64,000 nucleotides of DNA, from the NCBI RefSeq assembly GCF_004010195.1, contig NC_057728.1:42513484-42577483 (forward strand). Reading direction: 5' to 3'. The position numbers and the translations under genes are program-made. The notes beneath the pieces were generated by a model. It did no database searches and had not been told where the DNA came from. It worked only from the letters and a program-made list of their open reading frames with translations. Every line of letters begins with the position of its first letter. Position 1 is the first letter of the stretch. The DNA comes from Chiloscyllium plagiosum (taxonomy: Eukaryota). Positions 54,495 to 64,000 of the stretch are shown in pieces.

Positions 54495-54720
54495 CACAGA
54501 GTCATTCAGCATGGAAACAAACCCTTCAGTCCACCGAGTCCACGTCTATCATCTTCCTAAACTAAAGTAGTCCCACTTCCCTGGTTTCAGTTCACATCCC
54601 TCCAAAGCTTTCTTATTCATGGACCTATCCAAATGTCTGTTAAATGATGTAACTGAATCTGCATCCATCATTTCCTCTGGCAGTTCATTCCACACGTGAA
54701 CCACTCTCTGTGTAAAAAAG
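54495..54720 (-). mobile_element. CR1 3' fragment
   Basis: FFTQRVVHVWNELPEE motif. Confidence 0.8.
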
Positions 54721-55519
54721 GAAATGCAAGTGAAATATTTCAATTGCTTTTAACCTGGCTCTAAACTTAAATCAAGCAGATGGATTTCCCAGGGTTCAGG
54801 AAACTGATCAGAGAAATTAAGATGGGCTTTAACTGCAGTACAAATAGATAAGTAAGTCTTTAAATGTTCCAGTTGAATAAAAACTCACTTATTCCAGATG
54901 GTTTCCCAGTTCCATCCAACTCGTGTTTGACAGTGATTGCTTGTGAAAATCCTGCCTTTTTCAACCTTTGAGGATTTTAAATTGACAAATTCAAGATGGC
55001 AGATGCCTTGGATTTTTTTTTGACAGCACATCAGAAAAGAAAGGACACCATCTGTGGCAGCAAAGAACTGCAGTGGTGGGATGAGCACATGTGCAGGAGA
55101 GAGATTTGCAGGAGTAAATGTATAACTACATTATAAGTTACTTCTAATCTAAATCAGGTCAATATAAAAAAGGCAAAACACTGTGACAATGTTTATCTAA
55201 ACTCTAATGCAATTTTCTTCTTTTTCTGGCATCATATAATTGTGATTACAGTATCTAAGATTTCTTGCAACATGAGATTGCTCCCAAAGTTGCCACACAC
55301 TCCACTCTCTGCCAGTGAGTATGGGGTGGTTTTGGACATACTTTAAATGTTCAATTGGAATAGCTGTCTGTTCAGATTAGCATCTGCTCAGATACCTCTC
55401 TGTTTTCCTTGAAAGCATACAATTATTATAATGTAATGGCTAGTTAACTTATAGCTATTTAAGATATTGGTAAATAATTAATCAATTAATAATTTTCTCT
55501 AATTTTCACTTTATTCAAG

Positions 55520-55636
55520 TGTGTGAGTAGAAATGGTATCACCAGGCCATGTGAAGCTGACTTAATCAGGCAGCCATTTGCAAAGAGAGAATGTGCTATT
55601 CTGTACAGAGACGTTTTTGCTCCTTGTCATAATGTG
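55520..55636 (+). CDS. OTOGL: Otogelin-like exon J, C8 domain start (CVSRNGITRPCEADLIRQPFAKRECAILYRDVFAPCHNV)
   Basis: ttattcaag| (AAG acceptor) and |gtaggt; 117 nt, phase 0 to 0; AKxECxIL...FxxC motif. Confidence 0.9.
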
Positions 55637-55892
55637 GTAGGTACATGATTTTCATTTTCTTCACATTCCACAATATTTTTGGCTCAGCTTCAGTGCTACC
55701 TTTGTACACGAGGGCTAATTTTTTTTTCACTTGCTGTGGTATTTGTGTGGAATTCATATTTTGGGACAACAAAAAGAGATTTTTAAAATATATAAATATT
55801 TCACTGCTGCACTTACCCTTTGTCTCATCAGCTGTTTCTTGATTTTGAAAGCCATGGAGTAAAACTCTACAGCCGACTTTGTGTTTTAACTA

Positions 55893-56111
55893 CAGGTCGT
55901 TCTGCTATAATGAGTGATTTGTTAATGCGAATTCGCTATAACACAATTGACGAATTTGAGACACTGTTTCTATAGCAGAAACTTTTAAAGTGTGTATTGG
56001 TTATAATGCAGTTCCAGCCCCATTAGTTTAAATGGTGCTGTTATTATAGGATTTTCTTATAACACAGGATTGCACAAGGACGGAACTACTGTGTTAAAAC
56101 AGAACCGATTG
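55893..56111. mobile_element. Tc1/mariner-type (Tigger-like) MITE
   Basis: TA|caggtcgttctgctataa ... ttaaaacagaaccgattg|TA: imperfect terminal inverted repeats with TA on both sides. Confidence 0.6.
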
Positions 56112-57199
56112 TACCAAGCTAGCTTATTAAAAAATAGTGGAACAAATTGAAAATAACACCACCATAAAATATGGTCATTGAATAACACCTCAAGTATGAA
56201 CTGGGTATTGGTGTCTGCTACACTTGCCCCTGGCAGTACAAGGTTCTCTGAATCATTATTGACATCTGACCTCATCGGCTCAAAGAAAGTTGACAGGCAG
56301 TTCATCAAAAAGGGTGCAAGGAATCTAGCATTTCAGCAGAGTGTATGTTTAGAGTCGGTAAATCCCAACAGTTACCTCACTATACGACCAATGTTAAGTT
56401 TGTAGGAACCAAGCGTGATTGTTGTGTAAGGGCTATAACTGGGCTCTGTCATACTGTACCTTAACAGTGATTGCCTGCCAATCCTGAATGGTGAGCTTTT
56501 TAATTTCACTGGTTCATGCAACTGGCAAGGCTAGCATTTCCTTCACTATCATTAAGTTCTCTTGAGAAGTTGGTGGTGAGCAACATTTTATGTTGTAGAT
56601 GCCCTCACAGTGCTTTTGGGGAAAGAGTTTCAGGATTTTAACCAAGGGACAGTGAAGAATTGTTAAAAATATTTCCAAATTAGGATATGTGACTTGGAAG
56701 GGAAGTTACTTTCCATTATCCTTGCTGACCTTGTTTCTTTCTAAGTGATAGAGGATGATGCTGTTGAAGGAAACGTGATGAGTTTGCCTAGTACATTGTA
56801 GAGATGGTATGTATTGTGACAACAGTTTCAGATAGAAACCTCAACATGAGTAGTGTGAAAGACCAAAATACGAAAGATGGAAGTTAAATAGGGTATACAT
56901 ACATGATGTGTGTTGCTGCCATAGTGAGGGGCACTATGAGGCAAGGCTATAGCCGTGAAATTGAACACTATTAAATTAATTAATGCTGCATTGGCACCAT
57001 TAGGGAGCAGGTTTAAAATTACTAAAGGGCAATTTAAAAGATTGAGAAGTCAGAGTCTGACAGAAGAAGATAGAAAAATTTTAAGGCCATGAAAGAGACA
57101 TAGAAATTAAACAGCAGATTCGGTGGGAAGATTTATGATGGCTGCATACATTTTTTTCAAAATTTGCAGAAAGCAATGTGCATAATGTAATTGGGTGTG

Positions 57200-58860
57200 A
57201 AAGGTATGAAAGTGTTCCTTTTGCCTGTGAAAAAAATTATTGGACACGCTGGAAAAGCAGTATTTGAGACATCACATTGTTTTCAAATTATATTATAAAT
57301 CTCAAGGTGAACAAATAAATACCTTATTATATTCAATAGCACCTTCAGTTGATAATGTTATAAGTCACCAAAATATAAAACAAGGTACAAATACCTTTGA
57401 AGATGTTCAAGCAGCTTTTTATAGTTAATTTGTGAGCAAAGTTTTCAGAAGAGCAAGATTTATCAGAACATCTCAGCATCCAGAAGAATACATAGTTAAT
57501 TTCATAATTACCAAATTAGAAGAAAAACCGTTGCCATGGAGCTTGAATTGAAAAGAAAAAGATTGTTGTTGGAAAAACCAATGAATCTTTGTCAGATTTA
57601 TTATGGTCAAGGAAGACTTAGGTTTTGGTGAAAGCGATTTAAATTGTGTTAGAAGCTGGAATCAGGAAAACTCCCAGACAAATTCTGAGAGACAATGGAC
57701 AACCTTATCACTGGAGTGCAACAGAACCTGTTGACTTCATAAGGTATAAATATTCTACAGTCATACCTGACAAGCTAACATGAAAAGTAGGCCAAACATT
57801 GGATACTAACAGCTTTGCAACAAAAAAATGTCTCCTGGGCACAAACAGTGACTGGCTACTACAAAAGAATGTTACATTTACAACTATAGGTTAATGCCAG
57901 AAGTAGAACCCATTTTCAAGCAATAGAAAGCCAAATGCTTACTTGCACAAAGACATCAATGTAAGGCAACCATTACTGTTAAAAAAAAACATAGCATTCC
58001 TAAGTGAAATTGCGAATTCAAGCAACTTGAGTTTGAGTGACTTTGTTAAAGTCAGTGGAAAGCTCATTTATTTTGAGCTTAAAACAGGCAGGCATCACTG
58101 TTTGTCAGATGAAATTCCATGACCGAAGGAACAGAAATGACATCCTGCAGAGGTGAAATTACATGGTCCAGATAGAATAACTCTCAAGGTTATAGATATG
58201 ATACCCACAATACTACTCTCCAGAGTGCAGAGTTGACAATGTATACACATCTATGCTTGTCACACTTGAACATGCAAATGTCTTGACCCCAGCATTCTTG
58301 AGAGGCAGAAGAAGTTCCAAAGGAACAACTAGTCCAGGAACAAACTATTGTCAGCAAGTGAGTAAAGAGCAAACTAGTAGGTTTCATTTGGTTTTCTCAA
58401 TTATTTGCAGAACCCAAAAAGATGAAATCATTCATTGCGATTATCCACAATGGCATAAAATTAGTGTTTGAGAGAGAGCAATGGCCAGCAAGCCAAAAGA
58501 GACTAAAGCAAATTAGTCAAGGAAAAAAAGGAGTGGCTGAGAGTGAGCTGCTATTCGCCAGTATTGGGTTGAATGAAGGCCAGAACAAAGGTGCAGTAAG
58601 TTTACCAAGAAAACATGCTTTGAGCATTAACATCATTTCAAAATCATAGGCCACTTACTTGTATATGCCTGAAGATTAGTTCATTTGCTTCTCTTTTGGA
58701 AAACATTTTGGAAAAAATACACCAGGAACACATGGACATTGCCAGATATACAATCAGGACTCAGTCGGTCGTTTGGTGGTGAGACATCTCAAAATAAATT
58801 AAAGGTCTTACAGCTCACTGTGAAATCTGCAATTATACAGGTCTGACAAATACTCCAATC
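57200..58860 (+). mobile_element. Heavily decayed Ty3/Gypsy internal region (gag, protease and integrase zinc-finger remnants)
   Basis: WTRWK...SQGEQINTLLYSI (gag); VSGKLIYFELKTG (resembles FKLDTG protease); 58708-58830 LEKIHQEHMDIARYTIRTQSVVWW*DISK*IKGLTAHCEIC (integrase HHCC). Confidence 0.72.
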
Positions 58861-59878
58861 ACTGAAGTAGATTAAAAGACAAAAATCAGCATTTTAAGGA
58901 GTAGAAGCAAATACTGAGAACAAGAATGAATAGAACAACTTGCTTGACCCCAGAAAAGAACCTTTAACTGAAGGTATGCAGCCGGCACAACTATCTGGTG
59001 AATAATTTGATATTGCAGATTTGTTTCTGATTTGGATGATAAGCTGACACAAGTTCACAAACAACATTTCAACCCTTTGTCTTATTCATGCAAGTGGCAG
59101 AGATAATGTTATACAATCCTCTAGCACCATGACTTAGGATGTGAACATATGTGTTTCACCCTGAAGACATTCAGATAGGGTGAAGGAAGAAATCAACTGC
59201 AGTTAAATAGTTGGAATAAAGAGCTTACATACTTCAACACAGACATGTCAGCAGTTTGAGAATTAAGATTTACTTCAACAAAATTAAGTTAAGCTGTAAA
59301 TGACTCCATGGAAGCCAAACCAATGTCCACAGATTCAGGATAAGAAGAAATAGCTTGATCTAAAAGTTCAGCATACTGCAAGGGATAAAGTACTTTTCCT
59401 ATTGGAGCAGCTGTCTTCTATGATGGACATTCATGAGATTAAGCATCCCCCAGATGGTGTTATGGCGTAACTATTTTTGTTAACAGGGAAAAGCTCCTCT
59501 GTGAAGGTAATGGACTGAATGGCCTTCTCTTACTTTTTTCTGTTTTAATGGCCTTACGCTTCTGGTCAATGGTGCCCCCAAGGATGTTGAATATTTTGAA
59601 CTCATCTGTAGTAGCACCACTGAATATCAAGGGCAAATGCTTAGATTTTCTCCCACCGTCGATGGTTATTGTTTGTCCCTTGGATTGTGAAATGAAAGTT
59701 ACTTCAGGGTCTGCTTATACTATGCAGTTGAAACAAAATTATAATATATAGTAATCTGCAGAGTGATTTCTAGCTTGCTTAATGTACTGCTTATCATAAT
59801 TATCTGTTAAACCGAACAAAGTAACATATATAATGTGTTGTCTCACCTGGCTTTGTAAAATATTTTGGCTATTAAATA

Positions 59879-59894
59879 CCTCTAGATGGCAGTG
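59879..59894 (+). promoter_or_regulatory. Candidate CTCF motif
   Basis: CCTCTAGATGGCAGTG fits the CTCF core; motif match only. Confidence 0.4.
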
Positions 59895-60174
59895 CTGTGT
59901 CATTTAAAAGAAGTTCTGAGATTTAAAAAACATTATTTTTCTCCATGTAATAAATAGTGAAACCAATAAAGGTTTGTGGGTTTTAGCTGGGTTTAAAGCA
60001 TTCAAAAAGGGGTCACATTTTGGGATTTTGGACAATGTTCAAGAATTGATACTCATCATCAAATTACATTTTGTACTGTGTTCACTCAGACTCTAGGACT
60101 GGTGCGAGATACAATTTGCCATTAATAACATCATTTTATTTGTGATAGCAATGAACATTTCTGGTTTTCTCCAG

Positions 60175-60331
60175 GTTGACGTTACCTGGTTTTATAAGAA
60201 TTGTCTGACAGACACGTGTAACTGTAACCGTGGTGGAGACTGTGAATGTTTTTGCACCAGTGTTGCAGCATATGCACATACCTGCTGTCAAAAAGGAGTC
60301 TCGATTAATTGGAGATCACCCAGTATTTGCC
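60175..60331 (+). CDS. OTOGL: Otogelin-like exon K, C8 domain ([52 protein letters not shown])
   Basis: ttctccag| and |gtgagt; 157 nt, phase 0 to 1; DTCxC...GDCECFC...AAYA...WR is the D3-assembly signature of the VWF/mucin family. Confidence 0.94.
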
Positions 60332-60426
60332 GTGAGTATTATCAGGATGTACATTTTAGCTATGGTACCTGAGAAATATTACGTTGAAAAAATATGCTTC
60401 AAGATATTGAATTATAACAAAAAAAG

Positions 60427-60661
60427 GAGAAAGTGAGGACTGCAGATGCTGTCGATCAGAGCTGATAATGTGTTGCTGGAAAAGCGCAGCAGGTCAGGTA
60501 GCATCCAAGGAGCAGGAGAATCGACGTTTCGGGCATGAGCCCTTCTTCAGGAATGAGCCCCTCATTCCTGAAGAAGGGCTTATGCCCAAAACATCGATTC
60601 TCCTGCTCCTTGGATGCTGCCTGACCTGCTGTGCTTTTCCAGCAACACATTATCAGCTCAG
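60427..60661. mobile_element. Short non-autonomous palindromic element with hammerhead cores (probably PLE-mobilised)
   Basis: 99-bp inverted arms 60459-60557 and 60561-60659; 15-bp duplication ttataacaaaaaaag at 60412-60426 and 60662-60676. Confidence 0.85.
60521..60553 (-). ncRNA. Predicted minimal type I hammerhead ribozyme core
   Basis: Minus strand reads ttc-CTGAAGA-a-GGGC-tcat-GCCC-GAAA-CGTC-ga: complete core, perfect stem II, GUC cleavage triplet; stems I and III are minimal. Confidence 0.7.
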
Positions 60662-61140
60662 TTATAACAAAAAAAGTCAATCATGAAAAAAATATATAAT
60701 TTGAAATTAGAAGGCAGTACTGAATTTAAATCTATTAAATGGAATGCCTGCAAGGTATCATTTTAACCAGCTAACATCCATTTTTGGCTTTATTACTAGC
60801 GTTAGAATAATGTTAATCGCAATCATCTCAATAAGTAAGGTAACAATGACAAAAATGACAATAATAAGTTAATACTATTATACAAGTTAGCTTTGTGAGA
60901 TAATAAAGTTTATCTTTTCTTTTATTGCTGCAGTTAGCTGACTGAAGATTTTTCTTGAAACGGAGGAATAAGAAGGGCAGAAATTGAACATAGGAATAGC
61001 AATCATGATTTTGGTTGAATACATACTGCAGAATAATGTATGACATTAAAGTTAGTTTTTTGGACAGCCATTTTTGCTTCCAATAAACTTCCACTGAATT
61101 GAATTCATAAAAGTTACATATCATAAAATTCAAAGTAAAA

Positions 61141-61380
61141 TTAGATTGAAGATATAGAATCCCTACAGTGTGGATCAGGCCATTTGGCCCATCAGGTCCA
61201 CAAGGACCCTCCAAAAAACACCTCACCAGACACACATCCCTACTTATCCCCACAATCAGGTAACTTCCATGGCCAATCTACCCAGCGCACACATCTCTGG
61301 ACACTATGGGCAGCTTCCCATGGTCAATCGACCTAACATGCACATCTTTGGCTGTGGGATGAAACTGGAGGAAACCCGCA
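61141..61380 (-). mobile_element. HE1-type SINE 3' part
   Basis: atagaatccctacagtgtgg...ggacactatgggca...ggaggaaaccc. Confidence 0.7.
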
Positions 61381-61615
61381 TATGTATCAAAATTTAATTA
61401 AACTAAGCCAGAAATCTGAGTCTCTAAAGTAAATCATTGTAAGTAGATTCGAATAATATTTATCATTATTAGAATTCATAGATTAGGACATGTTGATCTT
61501 TAACTTATGCATACATACAAAAAGGGCAGAATGATTTAAAGAGATATAAACACTTAACTGCAACATGTATGCTTTGATTATTTTTTACTTACTCGACCTT
61601 TTTCATATGTTTCAG

Positions 61616-61642
61616 CTGTTGACTGTGAATATTACAATCGAG
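61616..61642 (+). CDS. OTOGL: Otogelin-like exon L, 27-nt microexon (PVDCEYYNR)
   Basis: long pyrimidine tract ending ttcag|, and |gtatgt; phase 1 to 1; DCEYYN matches the residues expected after the C8 domain. Confidence 0.88.
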
Positions 61643-62457
61643 GTATGTACTGCATTTAAATAAAATAGGGAACCTTTTTTCTTTAAATTTCAGTGAAATA
61701 TAAGAATTATTATAAATTTTTGCCAAGTGCATGTCCATGTAGTTTAAAAGTTATGTATATAGCCCACACGTTCAGTAGGTGTCACACTGTGTTCCTATGA
61801 CATTTTTAGTCACCATCATTCAATTGTGCTTTTGTGTTTGGGTGATTTCTTAGGACAAACATACATGATGACTGCAGTATGTTTCTGTGTTCTGTGCTTT
61901 CTTCACTTGATGCCCTTCTTCGCAGTGCCCTTCAGACACTGCAGTTTTGGAATTTCCTTTGTGAATTCTGAATTGCCACTTTCCTGTTTACAATTGCCTA
62001 CTTAAAACTCTTTACCTACCTTTCTCTGAGCTCGTCTAAAATGCTCGATTCTCGCTTTTGCTTGTCTTCAATATGTGGTGCTTTTTCCTGCTCAATGTAA
62101 AACATTAAAACTCTTACTCCTAATGAGGATCAATGTAGAAACGATAGGTAATATCTCCATTGCTGACTGGTATTTATTCAGCACAGACTGAAGATCAGGC
62201 TTTGCACTTTCCTGATTTATATGGCTGTTATTTATTTGAGTAAGTTTGCTTGGCAAACTTTGGAGCCCACATTTATATTTTAAGCTAATGGAAACATGCT
62301 CTGATTTTCCTCTTGGTCATCTAGGTGTGCTTTGCTTTATGACTAATGTTACCAACAAATGTTTATCTCATTGTGTCCATTTTGATCAGTAAAGTTCCTG
62401 TGAAACTATATTAAATGTTAATTCTCAATAACATCGTAATAATATTAACACAGCAAT

Positions 62458-62777
62458 TCATAGAATCCGTACAATGTGAAAGTGAGCCATTTGGCACATC
62501 AAGTGCACACTGACCTTTCGAACAGCATCCCACCCCCTACTCTATCCCTCTAAAACTGCATTCCTTATGGCCAATCGGCCTAGCCTGCACATCCCTGGAC
62601 ACTATGGATAATTTAGCATGGCTAATCCACCTAACCTGCACAACTTTGGGCTGTGAGAGGAAACCCTCGCAGGCACAGGGGGAACAAGCAAACTCCACAC
62701 AGACAGTTATCTGAGGGTGGATTCAAACCCTGAGTCAGTGGGGCAGCAGTGCTGACCACTGAGCCATGGTGTCACCC
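62458..62777 (-). mobile_element. HE1-type SINE
   Basis: Same blocks as the other copies, ending ccactgagcc. Confidence 0.75.
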
Positions 62778-63384
62778 TTTGTCTTTCTTTAATCACGAAA
62801 GTGACTAAACTCTGTTTATATTTCACTGCAGAACTATGTGTATTGTGTCAATGTGAGATGACAGATATTTTCGTCCACTGCACACTATTTACTTCCCCCT
62901 GCTAATGACCCCAATCTATATTCCTGGTTCAGGGGTCATTGTGACACTGCTAGAAAGCACCCATCTGAAAAACATGGAAAGTTCTGCTGGTACTTTTTGA
63001 CTGTATGGAAGAAAAGTTGTGTAAAATAGTGGTTAGGGAGGTCACTAATTGAAATTGTGTAAAGAGTTGGGTCTCATGTTGTTATGGAATATCATCAGCT
63101 TCTGCTGCCAAGCCACAGCAATAACAACACACAGGGCTGGCACATGGTATTATCAGGGAGGATGGTGGTCAGTAGCACTTTGGGCAGAGAAGATAAGTTA
63201 TAGGCAAACAAGGAGGCAGTGCTGGCTCCATCACACAGTTCTTCAACCACCATGCTCCTTGTATGGGATGGGAAAGCAGAAGAAATTTCATCTTTTTATG
63301 CAATTCCTATATTATTTTCTCATATGTAGATGTCTCCACCAATATAGTGATGGAAAGTCACAAATCATTCTTTCATATTTTCAG

Positions 63385-63552
63385 ATCTCGGAGAAGGACC
63401 GTTTATGTTCATTAACTATTTGTGCAATGACACTGTTATTGCAAACAACAAGATCACTGGGGACATTGTACCTTTGCAAATAAACAGTGCTGAACAGGAT
63501 ATTGTAATGAATTTCATGATTACACCTGGACTATACAAGGCAAAGCAGTCAA
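63385..63552 (+). CDS. OTOGL: Otogelin-like exon M, start of AbfB-like domain (DLGEGPFMFINYLCNDTVIANNKITGDIVPLQINSAEQDIVMNFMITPGLYKAKQS)
   Basis: ttttcag| and |gtgagt; 168 nt, phase 1 to 1; LGEGP and FMITPGL as in recalled OTOGL; the gene continues beyond the window. Confidence 0.9.
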
Positions 63553-64000
63553 GTGAGTATCAAGTAGTTTAGTTGGGAAAATACAGTGGATGTTCGTAGT
63601 ATTCTAAATCTTGCTGCAAATCTGTACATGTTTATATCTAACACATATATCCATAGCAACACTTAGCTAAATAGAGTCAGACTTGCTATTTTGTGGCTTT
63701 ATGAAGATACATTTAGAAATCAGAGCAGAATTTTCCACTGGAATGTCATATCCAGTGGTGACCAATAGCCATAATTCACCCATGTGCTTCCTCATTAAGA
63801 GACTTCCTCCCTAGGTACTTGTTCTGCCTATAATATCTTTAAGATGTGTGGGAAAGTGACTTGCATAGGTCCTCTCAGCACCAAGTAAGCTTCATCATGC
63901 AGATTATCCCACTTCTTGAGACACCATGTTTGTTCTGGGCCTAGCATGGCATGCTCAATGCCATGAGACAGGCAACTAATTCATTGAATTAAGACTCTTG

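Noticed and set aside
60456..60686. Mirror-image ORFs on both strands
   Set aside because: A by-product of the palindrome, not protein-coding.
1015..63552. Assignment as VWF, a mucin or SCO-spondin
   Set aside because: The LGEGP...FMITPGL segment after CEYYN and the exon-level similarity fit otogelins.

Overview
Eukaryotic genomic DNA, almost certainly from a shark or ray (HE1-type V-SINEs, HER1/CR1-type LINEs). The window lies entirely inside one large + strand gene of the otogelin family, best matching otogelin-like (OTOGL). I found 13 internal coding exons between 1015 and 63552. All have AG/GT boundaries and compatible phases, and they splice into one 1575-nt open frame: TIL-like and cysteine-rich modules, a VWD domain, a C8 domain and the start of the AbfB-like domain. 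The ORF track captures only three of these exons in the correct frame. The introns are repeat-rich: CR1 and L2 LINE fragments, HE1 and Deu-type SINEs, Penelope-like elements (PLEs), a decayed Gypsy internal region, a probable Harbinger Myb/SANT remnant, a TA-flanked MITE, minisatellites and a 636-N gap. The most notable unannotated signal is a set of minimal hammerhead-ribozyme cores (CUGANGA-stem II-GAAA-CGUH) in about four repeat families. Most of these insertions are inverted-repeat (hairpin) structures with a one-sided tail of about 30 nt, and four have 12-15 bp target-site duplications. Hammerheads in PLEs are known in general, so any novelty lies in these particular families. All homology statements are from recall, not database searches.
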